Source of the DNA: Polyangiaceae bacterium
Lineage (GTDB): Bacteria; Myxococcota_A; Polyangia; Polyangiales; Polyangiaceae
DNA length: 64,000 nucleotides
Direction: 5' to 3'
NCBI GenBank assembly: GCA_033763455.1
Contig: JANRKO010000008.1
Span: 1-64,000, forward strand
In this document: piece by piece, positions 26,080-36,782 of the stretch
Layout of the letters: each line of letters opens with the position of its first letter
Position numbering within the stretch: position 1 is the first letter of the stretch
Translations under genes and position numbers: made by a program
Notes under the pieces: model-generated
What the model saw: the letters and a program-made list of their open reading frames with translations, nothing else
Told to the model about the DNA's origin: nothing
The model's database searches: none

Positions 26080-28466
26080 TGAAATCCTTTGGCGCTCGGT
26101 CGCGAGCGCTCGGGGGCCTTTCGGCCCTCCTCACACTATTGGTGAGTTCTGGAGCGTCGGCACTGAATGCCTCCCAGGCGCAGGAAGTCGCGCGCGCCGG
26201 GCTAGCTGCGGCAGCAGCCCAGGCTCAACGCGGAGCTCCAGCACTGCGTTCCTCAGTCACGAGTCTCGCTCCAGCCGAGCGTGTTGCCGCTGGCGAGTTG
26301 ATGCTCCGAACGCGAGACTTTGATCGCGCAGCGGAGGAATTCAACAAAGTGCTCGAGCTGTTTCAGCAGGGCAAGGTTCCCGAAGCGACCTATGCCGACG
26401 CGCTGTTCTTGCTGGGTGAAACTTACCTCAAGTCGCAGCAGCACTTGTCCGCGCGCCGCTGTTACCAGCGGATCGTGGAGCAGGGGAGCCGGCGCCCATT
26501 TGATACTTACGCAGGGCGTGCACTCAGCCGTTTGGTTGATATCGCCTGGCGTCGCGAAGACAAAGAAGGTCTCGATTACATCTTTGCGCATATGGGGAGC
26601 CTGCCAGCCTCGGACGACACCGGCTCGGTGCAGTACGCTAGGGCGAAGGCTTTCTTCTTGCGCAAAGATTATGCTTCATCCAAAAGTTCCGTGGGCGGGT
26701 TACCGGCCACAAGTGAGTTCGCCCATCAGGCACAGTACTTACTTGGCGTTGTGCTGGCGAAGGAAGCCGCTGCCCAGCCAGTTGTTGGCCCGTCTATTGG
26801 GTCACCCACGAGTGGGGCTCCAGGCGCTTCGACTCGTTTTGCTCCCGCAATCGACCAATTTCGCCGGGTCACTCGCATGCCGGCCGATAGCGCTGCCCAT
26901 CGGCACGTGGTCGATCTTGCCTGGATGGCGATCGCCCGTTTGTTTTATGAGGGTGACAACTACACGGAAGCTGCCGAAGCATACGGCCACGTAGACCGCA
27001 CGTCTCCTGAGTTCTCGACGATGTTGTTTGAGCTCAGCTGGGTCTGGGTTCGGCTTGGGGACTACGAGCGTGCCCAGCGATCTTTGGAGGTGCTCTCCAT
27101 TACAGATCCGGGAAGCTTAAAGGTTGCCGATGGCGCCCTATTGCGTGCCGACTTGATGCTGCGCTCCGGGCAGTTCGATCGTGCCCTGGCAGCCTACGAG
27201 AGCGTGCGAGATCGCTTTGACCCACTCCGAGATCAGGTTGAGCGCTTCCTCACTTCCAATACAGACCCAGCCGTCTACTACGACAAGCTAACCGCTGAGG
27301 AGTTTGCCGCTGGGGGCGAGCTCTCTCCGTTGGTTCTTGACTGGGCGCGAGAAGAATCCACCAAAGACAACGTCTTTTCGGTGATCGACGATGTCACGCG
27401 CTCGCGAAGTATGTTGAAGCGAACCGGGCAGCTGGCGCAGAAGTTGCGAGGGGTTCTCAACTCAACCACTCGCGCCAAAGCTTTTCCTGAGCTTAAGGCC
27501 GCTCTGGAGCAAACGCTCGGCGCGCTCAACAAGATCGGGATGGCTCGCTATAACCTTGCGCTCGGCATGGATGATGTCGCGAGCGACAACGTAAGTGGGG
27601 AGCTTGCCACGGTTCGCCGCGAGCGCCGCGCTTTAATGCGTCGTGCGAGCTTTCTACCGGTCACTGATGGTGATTTTGCGCGCAGGGAAACCTTGGGAGA
27701 AGCTCAATGGACGGGCGCATCCCAGCAACTCCAACGCCTCACACTTGAGATCGACCGCCTTCGTGCCATCGTCAACGGCCTGCGTCGTGTGCTTCAAGAC
27801 AGCATGCGTGGAGTTTCCCAAGATCCTGCCACTCGTGACCGTTTTCGGGAGGAAATAGCTGCGAATGAGCGCGATTTGGAGGTCTACGAAACGCGTGTAA
27901 AAGGCTACCAAGAAGCCGTCGAAATGGGGCGGGCACAGATTGGGTTTGGTGACCAGCGCTACGTTGAGGATGACCAGGTGCGTTCGCAACTATCTCGGCT
28001 GTTTGAACAGGAAGTTGCGCTTGTTGCATCGGGTCAAGACCCCGATGCGGTGGATTACGCTCGGGCGATTTCCGGGATGCTTGCAGAGGCGCGATCCACC
28101 GAGAGTCAGCTAGCCGCGGTCCGCGGCCAATATGAACGCCAGGCTGAGGAAAGCTCCGTCAAGCTCATTGGTATCGTGAACGACGAAGCGAACAAGCTTG
28201 AGAACTACGCGATCAACCTTGAGGGGTTGGACCAACAGGCGCGGCTTTTGGTCGGTGAGGTGGCCATGAAGAACTTCGGGTTAGTGCGTGACCGCCTGAA
28301 GAACTTGGTGCTCAAGGCGAACGTTGGCATTGTTCAACAGGCCTGGGAGGTTCGCGAAGAGCAGCGCGTGCGAGTGAGAAACTTGCAGCGGGAACGGGCG
28401 CGTGAGGAGCAGAACTTGAACGACGAATTGAGAGAAGTGCTGGATGACGCGGAGGAGGAGCAGTGA
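26076..28466 (+). CDS. Periplasmic TPR/coiled-coil protein, GltC/NfsC-like
   Basis: Signal peptide, TPR motifs (ALFLLGETY, AQYLLG, MLFELSWVW) and a long coiled-coil C-terminus. Position precedes the D-E-F-G-like genes. Confidence 0.65.
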   Translation: MMKSFGARSRALGGLSALLTLLVSSGASALNASQAQEVARAGLAAAAAQAQRGAPALRSSVTSLAPAERVAAGELMLRTRDFDRAAEEFNKVLELFQQGKVPEATYADALFLLGETYLKSQQHLSARRCYQRIVEQGSRRPFDTYAGRALSRLVDIAWRREDKEGLDYIFAHMGSLPASDDTGSVQYARAKAFFLRKDYASSKSSVGGLPATSEFAHQAQYLLGVVLAKEAAAQPVVGPSIGSPTSGAPGASTRFAPAIDQFRRVTRMPADSAAHRHVVDLAWMAIARLFYEGDNYTEAAEAYGHVDRTSPEFSTMLFELSWVWVRLGDYERAQRSLEVLSITDPGSLKVADGALLRADLMLRSGQFDRALAAYESVRDRFDPLRDQVERFLTSNTDPAVYYDKLTAEEFAAGGELSPLVLDWAREESTKDNVFSVIDDVTRSRSMLKRTGQLAQKLRGVLNSTTRAKAFPELKAALEQTLGALNKIGMARYNLALGMDDVASDNVSGELATVRRERRALMRRASFLPVTDGDFARRETLGEAQWTGASQQLQRLTLEIDRLRAIVNGLRRVLQDSMRGVSQDPATRDRFREEIAANERDLEVYETRVKGYQEAVEMGRAQIGFGDQRYVEDDQVRSQLSRLFEQEVALVASGQDPDAVDYARAISGMLAEARSTESQLAAVRGQYERQAEESSVKLIGIVNDEANKLENYAINLEGLDQQARLLVGEVAMKNFGLVRDRLKNLVLKANVGIVQQAWEVREEQRVRVRNLQRERAREEQNLNDELREVLDDAEEEQ

Positions 28467-31400
28467 AACTCACTCGTTCTCGCGCTCTTGTGAGCGCACT
28501 TCCGCTTTTGACTCTCAGCTTGGTGGCTCTGCCATCCCTATCGCAGACCTCAGGTGCGCCAACTGCGCCCGCGGTGTCCCCATCGGCGTCGACCGGTGCT
28601 GCCTCTCCTTCGGCGAGTGCCACTGCGGCGCCTCTGCCGAGTGCTGCTCCGAGTGCGAGCGCCTCGGCGGAAAAACTACCGTCGGCCCCGTCGGCCCCGT
28701 CGGCTCCAGCGCCGGCAGAGGCACCCAAAGTTGTGGCTCCGGCAGTGCTAGCCAAGAAGGTGCCGCCGCCGCCGCCGCCAAGTCCGGCGCAACTACGGGC
28801 ATTCCAGGTTCTGCAGGGAGAAGCCGGCGCGTACGAGGCCTCGGCCAAGGAGTTTCGACAAACGCTCACTCAAATCGTGCGACACCATTATGAAGAGCGC
28901 CGTCGTCGTGTTCTGAGCGCGTTGGATGCCGAGATCACGAGCGAGAAGAAGTTGCTCGATTCCGCACGTGATGAGGCTATCGCGCGCCTTGAAAAGTTCG
29001 TGGCCCAATACTCCGGAGCGAATGCCCACGTTGAGGCCACCCCTGACGCCATGTTTAGGCTAGCTGCTCTGTACGAGGAGAGGGCCCGCTTGAAGTCCGA
29101 AGGCGAGCTCTCGGAGGCGTTGGAGCCGGCGGTCGCTTTGTATCGGAGAATCGTTGTCGAGTATCCGAAGTACAACGAGCTGGCAGCCGTTCACTATTAC
29201 CTCGGCCATGCGCTCACCGATGGTGCTAGGATTGAGGAAGGCCAGCAGGCGTGGAGAGCTTTGGTTTGCAACAATAAGTTCACGGTTCAGGATGACACCG
29301 CCAACGCTTCGAAAGTGAAGTTGCAACCGCTCGCGCAGGATCATGATCAGGCCTATTGGAACGAGTGGTACAATCAGCACCCTGTTCCGTTTGATCAGGC
29401 AGCAAGTGGTCGGAAGGCACGCTTTAAGGCCGAGTCCGACGAAGTTACCTATCAGGACCCGTACGCCGGTTGTGAGAGTATTCCGCAGCAAACAGAATCC
29501 GGAGAAGAGCCCCGCTACCTCGCAGAAATTTGGTGGCAGCTCGGCAACTTCCACTTTGACCAGATCGATCCTGCCGGTGGCCCTTACAACTTGAACCGAG
29601 CTGTTAGCGCCTACGAGCATTCGATGGCCTACAAGAAACCGCCCCTCTACGGCGTGGCCATGTACAAAAATGCGTGGGCGTTCTTCAAGCAGCAGCGGTA
29701 TCACACTGCCGTCAACGAATTTGCTAACCTGCTCCGATATGCGGACGAGCAGGAGGAAAAAACCGGTGATAAGGGCGCCGACTTCCGGAGTGAGGCGTAC
29801 ACCTACATCGCTGGCTCGTTGACCTACGTAGATTTTGAGGGCCCACCCGCGGACCACCCATACATCCCGCGGAGCGACGTGCTCGATACTGAGAGCAATC
29901 CTGTGGTGGCCGAGGAGAAGATGGGCATAGCGATCCAGCGGGTCCAGGACGCCTCGCTGATCCCACAGGATAAGAAATGGACGGTCGAGATCTATAAGGC
30001 CTTGGCCCAGGAGTTCATTGAGATCACCCAGAATCGCAATGCCATTTCGACCCTGGAGCTAACCCTGCGCAAGTTCCCGATGGATCGGGATGCTCCGGTT
30101 ATGCAGAACAAGGTTGCGGAGCTGTACGACCAGTTGGGGCGCCTTGCACCTGACGGTTCGGCTGCTCGCGCCGAGTACGCTCAGAAAGCACTTTCGGCTC
30201 GAACAGCGCTTGCTGCGTACGTTGGAGCGACGCCGTGGACGAACGCGAACCGGGATGATCCGGAAGCCTTGCAACAAGCAGAGGAACTCGTAAAGGGCGG
30301 CCTTCGTCGGGCCGCGGCAGACCACACGAACTTCGCTCGAACATATTACAACAAGGCAGTTGAGCTGAGTGACGTAGGTGAGCAGCGCCAGCTGATTGAA
30401 AAAGCGATCGCCGAGTATAGGCTCGCTGAGAGCGGCTGGGCGGCTTATTTAGCTCAAGATCCGAATGCTTCAGATGCGTACGAGAGCCAATTTTGGCTCG
30501 CGGATGCACGGTACTCAATCGTGGTGTTGCAAGTGGCCCTGGAGCGCTCGCCTACCGAACAGGAAGTGGCGGACGCGCGCCAGTCCGCTGTGGCCGTTAG
30601 GGACTCCAACGAAGACGATAAGTACTTGCAACCTGCGGCCTATTACGTCGTATCGCTCGCCGACAAAGTGTTGGATGACGAGGCGCGCAAGCATGAGCAG
30701 GGCGGAAAGCAGGGTATCGAAAGGCGCACAGAGGTGCGTTTCGAGGGAGAGGGGGAGGCTCGGCGGGTCGTTCGTGATGTGATCCCCCAGCCTGTGGTTA
30801 ACGCGATGTCGGCCCGAGACGAGTACAATGCGCGCATCGCGCCGGACCAAGATCCAGAGAAGAATGGGATGCTGTACGCCTTCCAGGTTGCCGACTGGTA
30901 CTTTGCGTATGGCCAGTTCGACAAAGCTCGGGAACGCTTTGTCCCACTCTACGAGCAGCACTGCGGTAAGGATGAGTGGGGTTACAAAGCGTGGGAGAAG
31001 CTCATCAGCATGAGCAACTTCGAAAATAACGCTGCCGAAAGTCGCCGACTCGCCGAGGGTAAGAGCTGCGCGTTCAACGAAGAGACTAAGGTGGCCGAGG
31101 AAAGCATTCGCAAACCCGTGAAGCAGGGCGTCGCGTACCTCGATGCAAGAAAGCTCTACGAAGAGGCCGAGAAGATGCCCGAAGGCCCGGCGCGCGACAA
31201 GAAGTGGCGGGAGGCTGCGGCCGCCTACAAAGTCGCACTCGATGCGGCGCCAGATCGGGATGAAGCTCCCGAAGCGGCCATGAACGGAGCCTTCGCTTAC
31301 AAGCAAGTTGGTGAGTACGACAAGGCGATTGGCATGTACGAGCTTTTCATCGCTCGCTACGGCAACAACAAGACGCTCACCAGCCTGCGTGATGGCGACC

Positions 31401-32683
31401 CGAACGGCAAGCCTCCGGTAAGCGCCGATCCCAAGAAGTATCAGGATCGCGTGGGGTACTTGAAGAACGCTTACGATGCCCTTGCCGGCGCCTACGTGTT
31501 GTTCTTCAACTATCCGAAGGCTGCTGGCACCTTCGATAAGATCAGTGACATTTCGCACTTCTCACGAGATGCGCGTCGAGAGTCTGCACGCCAGGCGCTT
31601 TCGCTCTACTCGAGCCTTGGGGACACAGGCGGAATGCGCAAATCTCGCGAGAATTTTAGGAGCCTTGGTGCTTCTGAAAAGGAACTCGCGGAGGCTGATT
31701 TTACGATCGCGTCTGCAGAGCTCAAACAGTGGGATCCTTTGAGCCCTGCGGATGGCACGAACAATACTGCTCGTCGCCGCGCCATGACGGCGATGGAAGC
31801 GTATTATACGCTGAACGCCTCGCGCCCTGCCGCCGCGCAATTCGTAGTGCAGGCCGCGTATTGGTCGGCCAAGGCCCGCCATTCGGGTAAGGCCGATGAC
31901 ACCAACAAGTGGTGGCAGAAGACCATCGAGGCCTTCGAGAAGTGGAAGCCGACGGCGGAGGTCAAAGGTGGTCAAAGCGTGGCTCTGGGTTCCAAGGAGG
32001 CCGGCATGGCAGCCGAGGCGGAGTTCACCATGTTGGATGAGCAAATCGGCGTTAACTTCGACTACGAGACCGGGCACCACCGTTACAAGGGAACGCCGGT
32101 AGAAGTCATTGCGAGCTACCAGAAAGACGCGCTTGACGCCAAGAAGTACTACGACAAGTTGCAGCGCGTTATTGATAACTACGTTTCCCCCGAGTGGACG
32201 GTAGCCGCAATTTCCCGCCAGGGCTCACTCTACGACTCGCTCCGCACGGGTCTCTACAATACACGTCCGCCAGCTCTCCAAATGTTCGACAAGAAACAGG
32301 AGGCAATGCTGAAGCGGGCTGAGGAAAGCGATAATCCCGACCTCCAGGAAAAGGCGGATGCCGTACGCGTCAAGGTGCAGCAGTCGTGGAGGGATAGGCG
32401 TGATCAGGAGTTGGACGGTGCCGATCAGATCATGGTGGATCGCTACGGCAACACGGTGGTGTTGGCACGACGCTACAACGTCTCAAGCGTTGCCGTGACG
32501 CGAGCTATTCGGCGCTTGGCTTTCTTCACCGATATCATCGGCGAAGCGAAGATGAAGCAGCACAGCGGCAACGTGAAGGATCTCAACTACACAGATGGTA
32601 TGTTCCCTAAGATGCGACCTGGCCAAGTTACGGCGCCCGCACCCAAGGGCATGCCTGAACCCCTACCGGTATACGTCCAATGA
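28463..32683 (+). CDS. Large periplasmic TPR protein, GltD/AgmU/NfsD-like
   Basis: 1406 aa with a signal peptide and many TPRs (PDAMFRLAALY, HYYLG, AMYKNAWAFF, DFRSEA). Confidence 0.72.
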   Translation: MKLTRSRALVSALPLLTLSLVALPSLSQTSGAPTAPAVSPSASTGAASPSASATAAPLPSAAPSASASAEKLPSAPSAPSAPAPAEAPKVVAPAVLAKKVPPPPPPSPAQLRAFQVLQGEAGAYEASAKEFRQTLTQIVRHHYEERRRRVLSALDAEITSEKKLLDSARDEAIARLEKFVAQYSGANAHVEATPDAMFRLAALYEERARLKSEGELSEALEPAVALYRRIVVEYPKYNELAAVHYYLGHALTDGARIEEGQQAWRALVCNNKFTVQDDTANASKVKLQPLAQDHDQAYWNEWYNQHPVPFDQAASGRKARFKAESDEVTYQDPYAGCESIPQQTESGEEPRYLAEIWWQLGNFHFDQIDPAGGPYNLNRAVSAYEHSMAYKKPPLYGVAMYKNAWAFFKQQRYHTAVNEFANLLRYADEQEEKTGDKGADFRSEAYTYIAGSLTYVDFEGPPADHPYIPRSDVLDTESNPVVAEEKMGIAIQRVQDASLIPQDKKWTVEIYKALAQEFIEITQNRNAISTLELTLRKFPMDRDAPVMQNKVAELYDQLGRLAPDGSAARAEYAQKALSARTALAAYVGATPWTNANRDDPEALQQAEELVKGGLRRAAADHTNFARTYYNKAVELSDVGEQRQLIEKAIAEYRLAESGWAAYLAQDPNASDAYESQFWLADARYSIVVLQVALERSPTEQEVADARQSAVAVRDSNEDDKYLQPAAYYVVSLADKVLDDEARKHEQGGKQGIERRTEVRFEGEGEARRVVRDVIPQPVVNAMSARDEYNARIAPDQDPEKNGMLYAFQVADWYFAYGQFDKARERFVPLYEQHCGKDEWGYKAWEKLISMSNFENNAAESRRLAEGKSCAFNEETKVAEESIRKPVKQGVAYLDARKLYEEAEKMPEGPARDKKWREAAAAYKVALDAAPDRDEAPEAAMNGAFAYKQVGEYDKAIGMYELFIARYGNNKTLTSLRDGDPNGKPPVSADPKKYQDRVGYLKNAYDALAGAYVLFFNYPKAAGTFDKISDISHFSRDARRESARQALSLYSSLGDTGGMRKSRENFRSLGASEKELAEADFTIASAELKQWDPLSPADGTNNTARRRAMTAMEAYYTLNASRPAAAQFVVQAAYWSAKARHSGKADDTNKWWQKTIEAFEKWKPTAEVKGGQSVALGSKEAGMAAEAEFTMLDEQIGVNFDYETGHHRYKGTPVEVIASYQKDALDAKKYYDKLQRVIDNYVSPEWTVAAISRQGSLYDSLRTGLYNTRPPALQMFDKKQEAMLKRAEESDNPDLQEKADAVRVKVQQSWRDRRDQELDGADQIMVDRYGNTVVLARRYNVSSVAVTRAIRRLAFFTDIIGEAKMKQHSGNVKDLNYTDGMFPKMRPGQVTAPAPKGMPEPLPVYVQ

Positions 32684-34149
32684 TGGGTGAAATAGCCAGA
32701 ACGCTTCCAAAGGTGAACGCCCGCAATCGCGCGTGGCGTTCGGTGGAGCGTGCGTTCCTTGTGATTCTCCTCGCGGGGCTCGCCGTAGGTTGCGCCAAGA
32801 AGGGGGTCGGCGTGGGGCCCCAGGTAGCACCTGGTCAGCCGCCGCCGGTGCCGGGTGCTCCAGTGATGGGGCCACAAGGTCAGCAGTTTGCCGTTTCGGA
32901 CGCACCAACGGGCGGTCCGAGCGCTGTGGAGCGGCCGAAGATGAATGCGGCTGCCGCTCAGGCCTATGCAGCTGGATTGAGCGCCTTTCAAGCTGGAGAT
33001 CTTGCGGGCGCGCAGCTCCAATTCACGAGCGCTACTCAAGCAGATCCACGAGCGTTTCAGGCTTTTTATTCACTTGGAACGGTAAGGGAAAGGCTTTCAA
33101 ATCGCGCTGGCGCCATTTCCGCTTATCGGCAAGCGCTCGCCATCGTGCGGGATTACGAGCCTGCCCTGGTAGGGGTAGCGTTGGCTCAGGCACAGGGTGG
33201 GCAGGAGGCGGAGGCGGAGGCCTTCCTCCAGTCCGCGCGCGCCCAATTCCCGAGTAGCGCGGCTGTGCTCGCGGCATTGGCTGAGGTGAAATCTATCTTG
33301 GGTGATTCTGGTGAGGCACAGAAGCTCGCGCAGGAAGCCCTCAAGAAAAATCCCGACTATCGCCCGGCGATGGTGACGTTGGCTCGCGACCACTACCGCC
33401 GACGTCGGCTGGATTTGGCGTTGTACGCTCTCAAGGGGATTCTTGATGGTTATGGCGACGAAAACCCAGCGCGGGACAAGAACAACGCGGTCGCCCGCCT
33501 CCTGCGTGGACTGATTTACAAGGAGCAAGGCCAGAAAGCTCCCGCGATTGATGAGTTTCGCAAGGCCCTAGAGCTCCGCCCGGATCTCGTTGAGGCACGT
33601 GTGCAGCTCGCTGCGTACCTGCTTGAAGCTGGCAACGCCGTGGACGCGTTGCCACTTCTCGAAGGGGCTCTGCGGTACGACAGTAACAACGTTCTTGCTC
33701 ACTTGAATCTTGGGGATGCGTATCGGCTTCTTGGTCGCCCTCAGGATGCCAAGCGTGAGCTTGAATGGGTCGCAAAGAAGGACCCTTCGCTTCCCCAGGT
33801 GCACTACAATCTTGGGCTGCTATATCTCTTTTCCGATAACATTCCCGGCGTTAGCGCCGAGCAGGCGTCGGACATGGCGATCGATGCACTCCAGAAGTTT
33901 CAGCAGATGAGGCCGCGTGGCGGCGGCGGACGTGCCGACGACACCGAGGAGTTGATCACTCGAGCCAAGACCAAGAAGGCTTTGATCGAGGCACAAAAGG
34001 CCGACGCCGCAGCAGCGAGTGCCCCCGAAGCGGCACCTGCGGCAGGCGCCCCAGCCGCCCCGGCCCCAGCAGCGGGCGCGACGCCCGCACCTGCGGCCCC
34101 CGCGGGAGCCGCAGCGTTTCCCACAGCACCCGAAGGAGCAGCAAAGTGA
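32680..34149 (+). CDS. TPR lipoprotein, GltE/AglT/NfsE-like
   Basis: Lipobox LAVGC, consecutive TPRs (AHLNLGDAYR, VHYNLGLLYL) and an Ala/Pro tail. Confidence 0.75.
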   Translation: MMGEIARTLPKVNARNRAWRSVERAFLVILLAGLAVGCAKKGVGVGPQVAPGQPPPVPGAPVMGPQGQQFAVSDAPTGGPSAVERPKMNAAAAQAYAAGLSAFQAGDLAGAQLQFTSATQADPRAFQAFYSLGTVRERLSNRAGAISAYRQALAIVRDYEPALVGVALAQAQGGQEAEAEAFLQSARAQFPSSAAVLAALAEVKSILGDSGEAQKLAQEALKKNPDYRPAMVTLARDHYRRRRLDLALYALKGILDGYGDENPARDKNNAVARLLRGLIYKEQGQKAPAIDEFRKALELRPDLVEARVQLAAYLLEAGNAVDALPLLEGALRYDSNNVLAHLNLGDAYRLLGRPQDAKRELEWVAKKDPSLPQVHYNLGLLYLFSDNIPGVSAEQASDMAIDALQKFQQMRPRGGGGRADDTEELITRAKTKKALIEAQKADAAAASAPEAAPAAGAPAAPAPAAGATPAPAAPAGAAAFPTAPEGAAK

Positions 34150-34388
34150 CCAGAGGTTTCTACGTTGTTGGTTTAGGAGTCTTGGGCTTGTTGCTGTTCC
34201 CCGGCGGCGCGAGTGCACAAGGAAAGAGTCGCGTCGTGACAATTAGCGAAGTTACGATTGTTGGTCGCGTGCAGAAACCGATCGCTGCTGTTGATGTGAG
34301 CAGGATTCAGCCGAAGCTGACGCTGGCAGAGCTCAAGCAGCCCTTTTTAGAGCGGATAGAAGAAGCCTTGTATTCGGAGCCGTTCTGA
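34146..34388 (+). CDS. Small exported protein, GltF/CglF/NfsF-like
   Basis: 80 aa with a signal peptide, TIVGRVQKP motif and C-terminal F..RI...PF. Sits between the TPR lipoprotein and the TonB-like gene. Confidence 0.68.
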   Translation: MTRGFYVVGLGVLGLLLFPGGASAQGKSRVVTISEVTIVGRVQKPIAAVDVSRIQPKLTLAELKQPFLERIEEALYSEPF

Positions 34389-34417
34389 GTTCTCGATTTC
34401 ACTGAGCCGCGTCGGGG

Positions 34418-34984
34418 TTGTCGGAAGTGATAGCCGCAACCGTGAGTTCACTGTGTGCCTTGGCTGCGCTTGCATTTTCGATTCGTAGTGTACGTCTTCT
34501 TGATGTGGCGGACGGAGCGGAGGAAGTTGCTCTGCTGCTAAGAAGAAACACCGGCAGCGCTTCAACGGCTCTAGGGGCTCGCGTGGGCGAAGCGGCAGAG
34601 TTAGCGGTTCGTGTGCTCCAGGCGCCTACGTCCGAAGTTGCTCGCGCCGAATTACGCGAGGCCCTCTTAGGGGTGGCCGCGCTTAAGCACCTGAGGCAAT
34701 TACCCAAAGCCGGAGGTCGCGTTGGGCTTACCGTAGGCACGCTTGGAGCAGTTATCGAAATCGCCCAAGGGCTCCCCGACCTCGGGGGTCCGACGATCTG
34801 GGCGAGCGTGGCATTTGGCACCGGCCTTTGTGTGTGGATGGCCTCCAACATGGTGGGCCAGAGGGCGCAGACAGCGTTGCACGCACGCCTTCGTGCGTGG
34901 TCCGAACTACATCGTGTTTTGGAGATCCATATATCGGGCCAATGGCCGGAAAATTTACCCCGCAACAACAGCCCCCAGGCATAG
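34418..34984 (+). CDS. Membrane protein, possibly a highly divergent MotA/TolQ/ExbB (AglR-like) protein
   Basis: Three hydrophobic segments. LP...GLTVGTLGAVI and AFGTGLCVW resemble TolQ/ExbB TM2 and TM3. Confidence 0.45.
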   Translation: MSEVIAATVSSLCALAALAFSIRSVRLLDVADGAEEVALLLRRNTGSASTALGARVGEAAELAVRVLQAPTSEVARAELREALLGVAALKHLRQLPKAGGRVGLTVGTLGAVIEIAQGLPDLGGPTIWASVAFGTGLCVWMASNMVGQRAQTALHARLRAWSELHRVLEIHISGQWPENLPRNNSPQA

Positions 34985-35120
34985 TGGATTCTTCTACCCT
35001 GCCTCGGTATCCTTCCCGGCTAGCCAGACCTCCGGCTAAGGCGGGGCCCACTTTGGGCCGTCATGAAGCAGTCAGCACGCCCTTTCTCGGTCACGACCAT
35101 TTCGAACTGTGAGTTGAAGA

Positions 35121-36524
35121 ATGACGCAACCCCCCAATCAACAGCCAGGCTCGCCCCAACAACGCCCCGGACAAATGACCGCGGTCATGCGAGCCGTTGC
35201 CGCATCGGGTCCAAAGGTGCTTCGCATCGGCATGGTCCACCGCGGAAGGGTCGTCGAAGAGCGCATCATCAAACAGCGTGGCCACGTTACGGTGGGGCCG
35301 AGCGAAAAGAACGTGTTCGTGGTTGCCGCTCCGAACATAGCAGCAAGCTTTCGCTTGTTTGAGATCGTCGGCACTGATTACTGCTTGAATTTCACCGAGG
35401 GGATGAGCGGCCGTGTTGCGCTGCCCACAGGTATCTCGGACCTCGCAGCGCTGAAAGGCCAAGCAAAAAAGGGAGCTCAAGGTGCCTACCAGATCCGCCT
35501 CACGGAGGATTCTCGAGGCAAGGTTGTCGTTGGTGACACCACCTTTCTTTTTCAATTCGTTGCTCCTCCACCGATTCAACCAAAGCCACAGCTGCCAGTG
35601 GCGGTTACGCGCGGCACGAGTTCGATCGACTGGGGCACCACGATCATTGCAGCGTTTTCTTTTCTGCTTCACTTCCTCGCCATAGGCTCGCTCTATTCCG
35701 ACTGGCTCGATCCTGTCATCGACGACGAAGTGAACGTGGCAAGCCTGATCGATTCGGTCAAAGCCCTACCGCCGCCTCCACCCGTGGAGGAGAAGCCCGC
35801 GGAAACCACCGACGCGAAAGATACGAAAGCACCAGAGGAGAAGGCTCCAGCAAAGCCTTCGCCGCAGCAGAGCTCTGATAAGCCTGCGGGTAAGCTCAGT
35901 GAGAAGCAGGCCGCGGCTCTGACGCAGGATCTAGATCAACTCGAGATGGCCACCCTCGGGGCTCTTACTAGCGCGGGGCCTGCTACCGCGGGCGTGCTTC
36001 GTGCCGGGGAAGTCGCGACGAGCGCACTCGATCAAGCCGCTGCGAGTAGCGCTGGCGTTGGTGCGAGCGGGGGAGATCTTAAGATCGGTGGAGGTGGGGG
36101 CGCTCTGCGGCCGGGTCAGACTGGGGGCGGTCTCGGTAGCATCGGTGCAACAACCGCCGGTGGCGGCGGAACGGGTAAGGCAGCTGCCGTATCGGGTCCG
36201 AAGGGGAATGCGTCGGTGGGCGGGGCCAATGTTAGTGGAGGTAGTGTGAGCAATGCGGCCCGAACCGTTGCGGGGATGCGCGCTGGTTTCCGGGCTTGCT
36301 ATCAGCGAGGTCTCAGCGAAAACCCTGACGCCTCCGGCAGCATTGGTCTCACGATTCGTGTCGGACCCGGTGGAGAAGTTATCAGCGTATCCGCGAAGCC
36401 ATCCGGAACCATCCCTGCGTCGGTGGTGGCCTGTGTTCAATCACGCGCCAAATCCGCCCAGTTCTCACCTCCTGACGGCGGCTCAGCCGTAGTCGTCGTG
36501 CCCGTGACATTTGTGAAGCAGTAA
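35121..36524 (+). CDS. GltG/PglI-like TonB/TolA-type energy transducer (AgmX/PglI C-terminal domain)
   Basis: Cytoplasmic beta domain, TM with SFLLH (SxxxH TonB motif), Pro- and Gly-rich linker, and C-terminal FRACYQRGL..NP...G.V...CV...F..P....VVVPVTF. Confidence 0.82.
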   Translation: MTQPPNQQPGSPQQRPGQMTAVMRAVAASGPKVLRIGMVHRGRVVEERIIKQRGHVTVGPSEKNVFVVAAPNIAASFRLFEIVGTDYCLNFTEGMSGRVALPTGISDLAALKGQAKKGAQGAYQIRLTEDSRGKVVVGDTTFLFQFVAPPPIQPKPQLPVAVTRGTSSIDWGTTIIAAFSFLLHFLAIGSLYSDWLDPVIDDEVNVASLIDSVKALPPPPPVEEKPAETTDAKDTKAPEEKAPAKPSPQQSSDKPAGKLSEKQAAALTQDLDQLEMATLGALTSAGPATAGVLRAGEVATSALDQAAASSAGVGASGGDLKIGGGGGALRPGQTGGGLGSIGATTAGGGGTGKAAAVSGPKGNASVGGANVSGGSVSNAARTVAGMRAGFRACYQRGLSENPDASGSIGLTIRVGPGGEVISVSAKPSGTIPASVVACVQSRAKSAQFSPPDGGSAVVVVPVTFVKQ

Positions 36525-36715
36525 TAAGTAGGTGAGTTACTGAATGGATCAGGCCCTGCGAGCACCCGAACATGAATGCCCCGTGGCTCGTTGGCTCGTC
36601 GGCTCGCGCCCTGGTTCGGTCCTTACTCGGCCGCCGATACGGAAGATTGTCCACGGCTCGACGAACTCAAGGTTCCGGCCGGCCGTCGTTTCAGTAAGAA
36701 TCCTCAAGGGTTACG

Positions 36716-36745
36716 TTGACAGCCGTTTGTTCAGTTTCCTATACT
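36716..36745 (+). promoter_or_regulatory. Near-consensus sigma70 promoter
   Basis: TTGACA (36716-36721), 18-bp spacer, TATACT (36740-36745), 37 bp upstream of the ATG at 36783. Confidence 0.7.
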
Positions 36746-36782
36746 TTCAATTGTTCATCGTTAGGGTGTAAGGCAGAGGTGT

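Noticed and set aside
29060..32080. Long antisense ORFs (e.g. 29060-29857, 30515-31558) inside the large TPR gene
   Set aside because: These are typical shadow ORFs of GC-rich coding DNA, with no motifs or RBS. The same applies to most short overlapping ORFs in the track.
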